A stretch of 64,000 nucleotides of DNA from contig JAAOMT010000134.1 in the NCBI GenBank assembly GCA_016748015.1, positions 254,757-318,756 on the forward strand, in the 5' to 3' direction. The notes under the pieces were generated by a model. That model was not told where the DNA came from. It made no database searches and saw only the letters and a program-made list of their open reading frames with translations. The DNA comes from Geosiphon pyriformis uo1. Taxonomy: Eukaryota; Fungi; Glomeromycota. A program made the translations under genes and the position numbers. Shown piece by piece: positions 51,445-61,949 of the stretch (positions are counted from its first letter, which is position 1; every line of letters starts with the position of its first letter).

Positions 51445-53110
51445 TCACTGTTGGTCGGGATCTATTGTTCCAATGTTTAATTTGGCCAATTCTTCTGGCG
51501 TAAATTGATAGCATTCTACTGGTTGTTGCCAATTTATTGAAGTGAGTTCACAGTAGAGGACAATTTCTGGGAAATTTAGAATTTCTTGTGGTGTTGACGC
51601 ATTTTCTAGCTCCGTTCCAAGGTATCCAATGATGGTATTTTCCAGAATGTAGACAGGTTCTTCTGTGGTGTTTGCAATAGGAATTTTTATCCATTGAGCT
51701 TTATCAGCTGGAATAAAAAGGTTAGTAAGTCCTATGAGAAACTGTTGGCAAGTTTCTGGGTAGGGCTCAAATATTAGGTCTTTTTCTTTAATTGTCCTTT
51801 TTATTCTTATTTCTGATTTTCCATATGGTAGGAGCGTGATGGACCACTCATTTTTAATTGCTTCGCCTTTTTCCCCTATTGTTTCAACGAAATTCGCTTC
51901 AATTCCTTTTCCTGTCGATCCGAAACCAAAAGTTCCTCTCGTTGTTTGTGACAATTCCTCACAATTTTCTACTGACACAAATTTCCCAATTTTTACCAAT
52001 GATAAGAAAATTGCTTGTGCAATCTTTTCCTTAGATTCAATGGTATAAGGCTTTTCTGAATTGTTCTGTAGCAAAACCATCAAATTTCCAGTGTATCCGG
52101 AGTCAATTACTCCTCCTTGAACGCTTATTCCTTTTTTCGCGAGGCTTGATCGCGACGCCATTTGAACCATTATTCCTGGTGGAATTTCAACCACTAATTT
52201 TAGGTCGATTTTGGTGATGCTCCTGGGTGGTAACGTTGTGGATTGGTCTTCCGGATAACATAGATCGAATCCGGCGTCGGTTGGATGGGCTCTTTCGGGT
52301 ATTATTCCTAAGTGCCCGTTGTCGAAGTATCGGATGTCGGTCAACTGTTCTAGGTCGGTATAGGCTACAAATTTTTCTGACTCGGGACCATCAGGTGAGT
52401 CTTGTTGATTTATTGATTGATTTTGAGACTGCTGATTCTCAATTTCCATTTTTCTTTCTAAGTCCCTTTTGTCTTGACACTCTTCACAGCACTGACTTTG
52501 GCACGGGATGAGACAGTTTTCGCAGAGGTAAGTGTTGATTTGGGCGAGGTATTGTTTTTGCTCTTGTCGAGTGGTGCATAGTTGTTGGTAGTAGTCCTGG
52601 AATTTGTCCACTGGGTCAAACATGTTGTAGCTGGCGACTTCGTCAGCTACTTCGGCTGACTCTTTCCAATGTCGTATTTCTTCGGCGGTTCCTCCTCTTA
52701 CTTTGGCTTGTGCGGTGTTGTACAACTCGTCCTTGTCGTGTGGGTAGTGCTGTAGTCTTTTTAACGCTCTGTTGAACGCTGCTTCGAACGGCGTTCCTCC
52801 TCTTATCCAGTCACAGATGAGGATCGTGTATTGGCAAGTTGCGTCACACGTTCCTCCTCTGCCTGATAAGTCGTTCCAGTCGCACCCTCTTGGTAACGGT
52901 TCTCCACAAGCGAGGCACGGTTCCTCGTCCCATTTTCCGTGTCTTTCTGGGTAACCGTATTTTTCTTTGTTACAATGGTTACAATAGTAGTGGATGGGGT
53001 TATAATAGTAGTGGATGGGGTTTCTTGGGTCTTCGTCTGGTGCGCTGCACGCAGTCATAGACGAGAGTTTCTTCTTGCAAACCGAGCATTCTAGCTTTGG
53101 TCTGCGTCGC
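51445..53110 (-). CDS. F Cys-rich domain + trimeric-type dUTPase + dUTPase-like spacer (part of the polyprotein)
   Basis: 537-aa ORF with all five dUTPase motifs: AGFDL, SRSSLA, GVIDSGYTG, IAQAIF, RGTFGFGSTG. Confidence 0.9.
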
Positions 53111-53214
53111 TGGTGGTTTCTTTGTGAACTTACCTGGTTCCATTTGGATCTTTCTTTGCTGGTCCATGTTGGTACGGCTGGTAGTCCTGTTCTTTGGTCA
53201 TCAGCCCAAGAGAG

Positions 53215-53796
53215 CTAATAGGTTTCGATGGCTGGTAGTGCTGGATTTTTCTCAAATTCGAAGGTAGGTCTTTGGTTGGTGCTGGGTTTTTGGAAGTGGC
53301 CACAGGTGGCTGGAATTTTGGCCTGGTGGCTATTATAATTGATCAGAAGCTCTTGGGTGGTCCAGTCTAAAGTGGCGTTGGCTTTTGTTAGCCAGTCATT
53401 CCCTACTAATGCTTGATATTGTGTAGCGTCCATTACTAATACTTTTGTAGGTATTACTATGCCATTAATTTCGAAAGGAAATGAGTCGATTTCGCCATAA
53501 GGCAGCTTTGTACTTCCATCGGCTGTTATGATTTGGGACGTCGCAGCACGATCAACTTTAAAACCCAGTTGGTTTATTAGTTGAAACATTACGATGCTTC
53601 CAGCAGATCTGCTGTCTAAGATAAGTTTGATTGGGGTATTGTTTACAGTGGCTTCCGTATACATAGCAGTGATTGGGCGTTTTTTGTCCAATGCTGCTCC
53701 ACTGAACATAGCCTTGTTTTCCTCTAATTCAAAAAGAAAAATAGCTGCAAGGCTGCTATCTTCGGTGGCAACTGCTGGTGGTATTGTCTGGCTCAA
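53215..53796 (-). pseudogene. F aspartic protease
   Basis: 'LILDSRSAGS' (D-S-G mutated), 'ITADG', 'LVGNDWL'. Confidence 0.88.
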
Positions 53797-54391
53797 TTTG
53801 GAGGAATTTTTGGTTCTGTTTATGTTTCTACCATCATTGTTTCCGATGATCAGGTTTTCTGGTATATTAAGGTAAGTTTGTTGATAATTTTGGTAGTTTG
53901 GATTGGTTTGCTGATTGGTTCCGGCGCAGNNNNNNNNNNNNNNNNNNNNGATTTATCTTCTGGTGAATAAATACGTTGTTTCTTTATTGATTGAGTGACA
54001 GTTTTCTTTGGCGTTTGAGCTGGTGTTTCTAGTTTTTGCTGGTTACTTTCCTGATTAGTTTCTAAATTTTCTTTGGTTTTGTTGGCACATTCCCTAGTGT
54101 TTCCTGTGGATATTGGAAAATTTTCGTTGGTGTATTGCTCAATTTCTCGATGGATTTTGACAATAGTTGCGGCTATTACTGCTACTTCTTTTGTAGTGTA
54201 TTGTGATAATTCTCTATACAATCCAAGTTTTGCGTCGTGTGGTTCTTCTTCCTTTCCTATATGATAATTTATTCTGGCGTTGATATAATAAGTGAGGGCA
54301 GATTCTGCTGGACAACACCCTTCTGGTAATCCAAGATCACTTTGATTTTGTGTGTAAATAGCACGGCAGAANNNNNNNNNNNNNNNNNNNN

Positions 54392-55292
54392 AAGCTCCTT
54401 GATTTTGATACGTGGTGGGATATTGGCGTGGTATTGGCATGTACTGGTTTCTGGGCATTTGGGGTGGCGTGTAGTAATTATTTTCGCATGCTTCCTGCAT
54501 CATTCGCGTTCGACATTGACTAATCAAATGTCCTACGCGTTTGCAAAAATGGCAGGCGTGTGTTTCTGTTCTGAATTCCTGGCATGACGAGCAATTATTT
54601 GGACTGTCGCTAACTTCCTGGCTGCGTCTTTGGAGTGGTTGGTATGTATTTTTTCTCGGATCCGGGATGAGGTAACTTTCTATTTTCTTAGAGAGTTCCT
54701 CCCCTAATTGCGTTACTCTTTTCTCTAATGTTTCTGTCTTATTTTCCTCCATTACCATGTTAACCATTTGACTATGATTAGCTTCTTTCTCAGCCAATTC
54801 AAGGGCTCTGGCGAGCATAACGGCTTCTGGTAAAAAATTAGGGTGGACAGGGCGTACTCTTCCTAAAATGCTGCTTTTTAATCCTCTAATAAACTGATTT
54901 AAAACCTGAGGATCAGTGTAGTATCTTTGTTTAATCGCTTCAATCTGACGGCGAATTCGATTGAATCGAGCAAGGTATTGGGTGACAGTTTCACCGGTAT
55001 TTTGCTTGATAGTATTGAATTCGTTCTGTAGTTGGATTACGGCATTTGGGTCGCTAAAATACTCCAGGAGTGCATTTTTAAATTCGGCGAAGCTCGTGGG
55101 TTTTGTTTCCAGGCTTTGATACCACGAGTCGGCTGTGCCTTTCAGGAAAAAAGGTAATGTTTGAATTGCTCTTTGGTCGTTCCAGTTATTTGCCTGGATG
55201 GCTTTTTGTGCTTCTCTGAGCCATGTGTGCACGTCCATTTCTTCTTCCTCTCCTGAGAAATCTGTTAGTCTTGCAATGTATGGTGTGGTCAT
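54392..55292 (-). CDS. F Gag capsid + CCHC zinc knuckle
   Basis: 'FSGEEEE..WL..A..WY..F..LL..F..KQ..ETV..Y..RF..QFIRGL' retrotrans_gag pattern; CHFCKRVGHLISQC. Confidence 0.9.
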
Positions 55293-56944
55293 TTCATTGC
55301 CGTTTTCTGCTGGTGGGTTTATTGGTCTAAGAGGAGGTGGGATGATATTTCCTTGAGCATTCCTAAAGGTGACTTCCCTTATATCCGGTTCTTCCTCTTG
55401 ATCATGAGTTTCTTGGTTTCTGGACTGGCTGCTTGTTTCAGTGACTGGTCTTGTGATTGTTTTTTCGCTGGTCTCTTTTTCAGATTCTGATTCAGACTCC
55501 TCTTCACGGTTTTCAAACCCCGTTCTAAATTTTGGCTGAAAAAGAGGGTTTTGGAATAGTGATGAATATCCTCCTGTAATTGGTATGTCTCTCCAGTTAC
55601 GTTGTTTAATTTTATCAATATAACTAAGAGTTCTTGGCGTTTGTGGAGTTGATGTTGATAATGATGCAGCTTCTAATGGAATTTGTATCTTATTTTCTGG
55701 TGAAAAATGGTATGATTTATCTTCTGGTGAATAAANNNNNNNNNNNNNNNNNNNNGTTATATTTAATTGCTGATATCCCGCTTTAATTGCAATCAGTCTT
55801 TCGTGAGTTCCTCAGTTCTATTTGTGTGATAATGTCACTGTTACACTGAAGGCTTTCTTTTTATTGTTGCGATGTAAGTTATTCTTTAATTCTTGATTGT
55901 TGTGTGTGTTTATGTACTCCTTCTCAGAGGCTGAACTGAAATCTACCCACTGTCTGGGATCTTCTCTGAGGCTATCCTTGCAATTGCCTGATGTGTTTCT
56001 CTAATCTAGAAACACAGAATGTTAATGGTCTTTAGTGCTTTTCTAATTCTCACAATAAAGCTTTTATCAATTAGTAACAACGTGAATAATCTTGATCAAG
56101 GATTATTCTTCCAAGGGATTCAGTTGATGAATGATAGTTTCATTCAATAAATAATACAAGTAAGTNNNNNNNNNNNNNNNNNNNNATATTTCCTTGAGCA
56201 TTCCTAAAGGTGACTTCCCTTATATCCGGTTCTTCCTCTTGATCATGAGTTTCTTGGTTTCTGGACTGGCTGCTTGTTTCAGTGACTGGTCTTGTGATTG
56301 TTTTTTCGCTGGTCTCTTTTTCAGATTCTGATTCAGACTCCTCTTCACGGTTTTCAAACCCCGTTCTAAATTTTGGCTGAAAAAGAGGGTTTTGGAATAG
56401 TGATGAATATCCTCCTGTAATTGGTATGTCTCCCCAGTTACGTTGTTTAATTTTATCAATATAACTAGGAGTTCTTGGCGTTTGTGGAGTTGATGTTGAT
56501 AATGATGCAGCTTCTAATGGAATTTGTATCTTATTTTCTGGTGAAAAATGGTATGATTTATCTTNNNNNNNNNNNNNNNNNNNNTTTTATTCTTATTTCT
56601 GATTTTCCATATGGTAGGAGTGTGATGGACTGCTCATTTTTAATTACTTCGCCTTTTTCCTCTATTGTTTCAGCAAAATTTGCTTCAATTCCTTTTCCTG
56701 TCGATCCGAAACCAAAAGTTCCTCTCGTTGTTTGTGACAATTCCTCACGATTTTCCACTGGCACAAATTTCCCAATTTTTACCAATGGTAGGAAAATTGC
56801 TTGTGCAATCTTTTCCTTAGATTCAATGGTATAAGGCTTTTCTGAATTGTTCTGTAGCAAAACCATCAAATTTCCAGTGTATCCGGAGTCAATTACTCCT
56901 CCTTGAACACTTATTCCTTTTTTTGCGAGGCTTGATCGCGACGC

Positions 56945-56963
56945 CTGTCTCTTATACACATCT
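56945..56963 (+). other. Tn5 mosaic end / Nextera adapter (assembly artefact)
   Basis: Exact CTGTCTCTTATACACATCT at a chimeric junction between a dUTPase fragment and LTR sequence; produces the 'MYKRQ' ORF start. Confidence 0.97.
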
Positions 56964-57324
56964 GGGATATTTAATTTGAAAGTATGATTTAAAGTGGAGT
57001 TTGTTGGATAAAATTGGATCTATTGCTTGATAAGTTATGATTTTTATTACTTGATTGATCCTTTCCCAATATTAAAACTACTGTATATATACATGTTTGT
57101 AGTTCTACGAGAAAATACTTTCTTTTTGATATTTCAACCTGGTGCTTGCTGCTATCACCAATTGGTGTTGGCTGCTATTGTGAACTGGTGCTTGCCACTA
57201 TCGCGAGATGGTGTTTGCTACTATGTTAATCATTACCTTTCTAAGATTATTACTGTGCTATATTATGATTGAATAGTTTGTATTATTTTTATGATTCTTT
57301 TTGCTAAATTCTTAAACTGTAACA
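56964..57324 (-). repeat. U3 end of the F LTR
   Basis: TATATATA-like box ~57085, four ~23-bp TGGTGCTTGCTGCTAT-type repeats 57140-57225, TGTAACA terminus. Confidence 0.75.
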
Positions 57325-58000
57325 CCAGCACTGCTTTAGATGTCAAGAAATGGGCCATCTGGCTGTGGATTGCAAAATTTTCCCACCTTCTGCTCCCAAG
57401 ATTCCCAAGGTTTTCAAGTCTCATTTTGTGGGTTCTGCTTCATATACCAAGACTGCTGCTTCTTCTGGTCTTTCTGAGTTTTCTCCTTTAGTGGCTCTTT
57501 CGGCTGCTTCTACTGCTGATCCTGCTGTTAGTTCCAGATTGGACTCTTTGGAAAAGCAGATTTCAGATTTGGCTGCTCTGGTTAGGTCTATTGTTGAGCC
57601 TGTTGGTTCTTTGGTTGCTTTAGTGTCTTGTCTTCTTGATAATAATGCTGTTAAGACTGTTCAGGTCGAGAAAGATATCATTTTCATGAAGAGTGCTGCT
57701 AACAATTTCTCTAACCTCATGGTCAGAGTTTCCAAAGACATTGCTTGTCTTAGATCTGAGATTGACTTTGGTGATATGGATTATGATAATATGCTGGCTG
57801 CTAAGTCTTCCTTTTTAAGTAAGGACACTATTGAGTGTGTTATTACTTTGTGGCAGATGTTTGGTGCTAAGACCAAGGGCAATATTGAGTCTACTTGATT
57901 GTTTCTTAGTGAGTTTATTTTTGACTCTAGAAATCTGAATGGTATTATTGAGAGAATTTGTGGGTTGGAGTTATTCTTACCTACTTCTGATTCAGCATAG
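57325..58000 (+). pseudogene. G ORF1-like protein, C-terminal part
   Basis: Resumes 'HCFRCQEMGHLAVDC', then heptad-like 'RLDSLEKQISDLAALVRSI'. Confidence 0.78.
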
Positions 58001-58544
58001 TGAGTTCTTGATTAGGCCAAGTGTCTAATCACGTGTAGAAAATGCATTATGTATGCCTATAATGTAATCTCTTCTGTGGTATCATAGTTTTAGGTAGTAT
58101 GTGGGTCTCACTCATTAAAATAAAAATAAAAAAAAAATTTATACAAAAAAAAAGATTTATATTTATTATTAACTATAAATATTAAATAACAAATAAATAA
58201 ATTTAAATAAATTAACCAAAATTTAACTGGTTTTATTAAATATTTGTTATTATAATATTAATAATTACAAGTATTATAGTACTTTTAAAAAGTATAATTA
58301 ATAAATCTAATATTTTTAACATTATATATTAAAATATTTTTAAATAAAATCAAATATTAAAAACAAAATAAACTTAATTTATTAATATAAATTTTATTGA
58401 TTTTTTTAAAGTCTTAATTTTTTTTAACTTTAAAAAATTATCAAGTTTTTAAGCAAAATATTATTATTTATAATAAAATAATATTAAACTTATTTTTAAA
58501 ATTTAAAAAATTTTTAAACATATTAACAATTATTTTATTAAAAA

Positions 58545-60825
58545 TTTTTATTTATTTATTAAAGTTTAACAAGTAAGGCCCAAAAGCTATCTAAAACAAT
58601 ACATCAAATTAAGTAATCTAAACTAGGTGCTAATCATGCACTTTTTACACATGACCAGTCACTTGAACCAGTCAAAAACACACTATACTAATGCTACAAA
58701 AAAAAACTTACCCAAAGATAACATCTTTTAAATAACAAAAAACAAAGTTGCACTACAAAAAACCAATCCAATTAGCCACTTGGCAGTTTTAAAGAGATTA
58801 GTTCTAATATCAACAGATTCATACTTGCAAAAGAACATCAAATTAGAAAACATCTTATCACTTATAATAGGTGGAAGCTCTGAATCACCAGATATATTAA
58901 TGTCTTTTATGTAGTATTCTTTCTTTAAAAAAACCACTTTTTTCTCCAACTTACCAACCATTTTACTAAAAAAACCCATATGTACTAAAACCTCATTAAT
59001 CTTAAGGCCAAGTTTACTACTCGAAACCAAATTTCTATTAATAAATTGTTCAAACACTTTGACCAAAGAATCAACAAACTCATCAATAGATTCTACTAGA
59101 GCAGAAAGCTTGGCCAAATCAGATTCCAGAGAGGTCAACTAAAATGACAATAAAGAATTGTCAACAGCCACAGAAAAAAGAGCAGAAGCAATCAACAAAG
59201 AAAACTCAAAAAGCTTGGAAAGAGAAGAGACTTTTGCATATAATACAGAATCCACAAAATGTGATTTAAACAACTTGAGAGTCTTGGGAGAGAGAAGTAG
59301 AAAAATCCCATAGTTTACAACCAGATGACCTATCTTTTGACATCTAAAACAATACTAATGACCAGGAGTTTTCTACCAAATATGGTATTTTCTCAATGTA
59401 CTAGTTTTGATAATTGCAGAATCTAAATCAGCCTAAAACCCAAATGTAACCAGAGCAAACCAAGAATGATGACCAGAATCAGGAGTCCAAGGAATGAAAC
59501 ATGTCTGACCACCAACCTGAGAAATCATATTACTAATCTCAAAGGCAGTACAGCCAGAAGAAAGATTGACCAATTTGGCCTTAAATTTATTATAAGACAG
59601 AATAGTCTTATTTTGATTCACCAAGGAGAAAATTCTAATATTATTCTTGTCCATCAAAACTGACCAATAATTCAGAGCAGACACAGCAAAGTTTAACTTC
59701 TCAAAATAAACCACCACATATTACCAAATGCCAGCAGACTTCAATACAATATAAGCAATTACACCAAAAACACTAAGAACTGTCTTAATATTAATGGCAA
59801 ACACATTTAAAGACACATTATGCAATACAACAGCAGCAGAAGGGGAGCCAGACTCAGAAACCACCAAAAACTTGGCAATTTTAAGAATGACAAGATGAAT
59901 AGAGCTTGTAAGCTTGATCAAAAATACAGCATCCAAAGAGGTTTGAGAAGCAAACTCCACACAGAAAAGTTTCATATTGTTTTTTGTAATTGACTTTGCA
60001 CCCAAAAAACCATGCACAGACTGAAAAACAGTCTTAACATAAGCCAATTTGATCTTAAAAGTAGCACCAAACACCAAAGTAAAGATCATTCACCCAGCAA
60101 ATCTTTGACAATTAATAATAGTCTCCTAAACACCATCAGAAGTAGCACCAGAAACTAAAAAAAAAATGATTCAGTTTTTATTTAATTAGCCCAGTTTTCA
60201 AAAACAGATAATTCAACAAAAAAAGATTGTTTTGCTTCTAAAACTGGCAATAATCTACCAGAAAACACCATATTTGGCAATACAGCTAGTGATTAATCTT
60301 GACCTATCTCAGATGACATGCCAAATGATACAACAGAGATCTTATCTAAGATCTTATTGGGAACCACAAAGAGGTTTGGTGTAATAATAGCAAAGACAAG
60401 TAACTGCTCTCATTTTCCTGAACTTTTGGTCTTTTTAACTATATTTTTTAAAGAGATAATACTAATAGCATCAGGTGTTAAAGCAAGAAAGGGGAAAACC
60501 AGCTTGTTTACAGGTCTATTATTAAAAACTTTTGAGCTCTTAATTGGAGTGGAGACAATACTGGGACTAACCCAAGTGTGTCTCTTTGAAGGAACTTTGA
60601 CTGGCAAAAAACCAGCCAAAGATGAAGAAGTTGCTTTAGTAGCTATTAAAAACAGCTTTTCATGATTATTAAGTAAAGAAAAGACTTCTAAAACATTCTG
60701 CCTAATTGCTTTTACAACAGAAAGAGCTCCTTTGGTTGAAATTTTATTAGATATCTCAGGAAAGATATTAGGTACAGCTTTTTTACTCTTTGCTCTGGTT
60801 GTGGTTATAAAATTAAGAAGACAAA
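58545..60825 (-). mobile_element. ORF1-only non-LTR element H (uninterrupted, decayed)
   Basis: ORFs 60410, 59721, 59433 and 58728 are collinear with G; same 5' start (CTTTGTCTYCTTAATTTTAT) and 3' tail; ~2.3 kb total; no RT. Confidence 0.8.
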
Positions 60826-60958
60826 GAGTTTGTTATTACTTCTTAAAATTTTAAATTTAAAAATTTGGTGTAATAATAAAAATATTTTTAATAATTAAAA
60901 AAGTAATTAATACAATTAAACAACTAATAAACTTAATTCTAAATTTTATAAAACCAAC

Positions 60959-61783
60959 TGTTACTCATAAAAGAAAAACAGATATAAAAAATAATAAACC
61001 AATAAGGAAGTAGTAGTTAACATGTAAGCACATTGCTCAGCAATGTAAGCATTGCTCAAGAAATCATAGCACATTGTTCAGGAATGTGAGCAATCTTATA
61101 GAACATAAATTTATGTATATATAGCAGTAGTATCAGAAGCTAAAAAAGAAAGAGACTAAAAGTTAAAAAGACTGAGAGTCAATAGGACTCTCAGAGTCAA
61201 TTAGACTTGCAGGTTATAATGATTAAATACTCTTCCTTCAAAAGATAGAATACTATAACTTGAAGTAAAATCACTTCCATATTAATGAAATTATTCATTA
61301 TCCATAAATTCATGTTATTATCTATTATTTAACCTGCTGGCACAATGGCTCTTGATCACAGCTATTGACAGGATACTTATTTCTTATTTTATTTTATTTT
61401 CTTTATTTCTTTATTTTCTTTTATTTTCTTTATTTTATTTTCTTTTCTTTTGTTATTCACTAAATTGATTAAAAAGATTAAGCACTGAATTATTAACGTC
61501 ACGGATAGCCTGGTAAAAAACCCAGAAATAAGGGTAGAATTATATATATATTAATGGATAACTTACCAGAAAAGCACAACTGCCAGAATAAACTGACCAC
61601 CAAGCTGAAGACAAAAATTGGGAAAACAACTTGAGAAAGCAACCAAAACCAACTATATTGAATCTCTGTTCATTATACAAAGAACTCAACCAAAACCTTT
61701 AGATATCAACAACAATAAATCAATTAAGCACCAAGTTATGAGTTTGTTATTTGCTTTGAGATCCCAAAAAATCATCTGTAATA
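60959..61783 (+). mobile_element. Solo LTR (E-like U3, B-like downstream part)
   Basis: TGTTACTC...TGTAATA flanked by CCAAC/CCAAC. Confidence 0.88.
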
Positions 61784-61949
61784 CCAACCAATTTTTTAAT
61801 TAAGTTTTTAAGAAAATCAACTTAAAATTAATAATAATTTTAAAAATAACAAAATTATATAACATAAAAAAACAGTAGTTTTAATATATAAATTAAATTA
61901 ATAAATTAATTTATAATAGTTTTAATTAATATAAAAAACTAAACTTGAA

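Larger units (their letters stand above)
49073..57324 (-). mobile_element. Younger Ty3/Gypsy element F (distinct family, dUTPase-bearing; gapped and partly misassembled)
   Basis: TGTTACG...TGTAACA termini; TSD CTGG/CCAG (inferred ancestral CCGG); long ORFs for gag, PR, dUTPase, RT and RH; many CpGs retained. Confidence 0.88.
47598..58137 (+). mobile_element. ORF1-only non-LTR element G (HAL1-like), interrupted by F
   Basis: Single ~700-codon frame 47618-49072 + 57325-58000 with RRM-like segments, CFRCQEMGHLAVDC knuckle and coiled coil; LINE-like 3' tail and poly(A); no RT. Confidence 0.78.

Noticed and set aside
52984-53022. 21-bp in-frame tandem duplication (NPIHYY twice) in F
   Set aside because: A single local slippage or assembly event that is absent from the other copies.
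56558-56959. Standalone dUTPase gene starting MYKRQ
   Set aside because: The start comes from the Nextera/Tn5 adapter; the rest is a paralogous retroelement fragment between gaps.
56945-56963. Genuine bacterial IS50/Tn5 end or horizontal transfer
   Set aside because: It is the engineered mosaic end, single-copy, at a chimeric junction, with no transposase.
58138-58545. Nearly pure A/T spacers (also 47340-47597, 60830-60955, 61790-61950)
   Set aside because: Low complexity, with no repeat unit, ORF or terminal structure that I can support.
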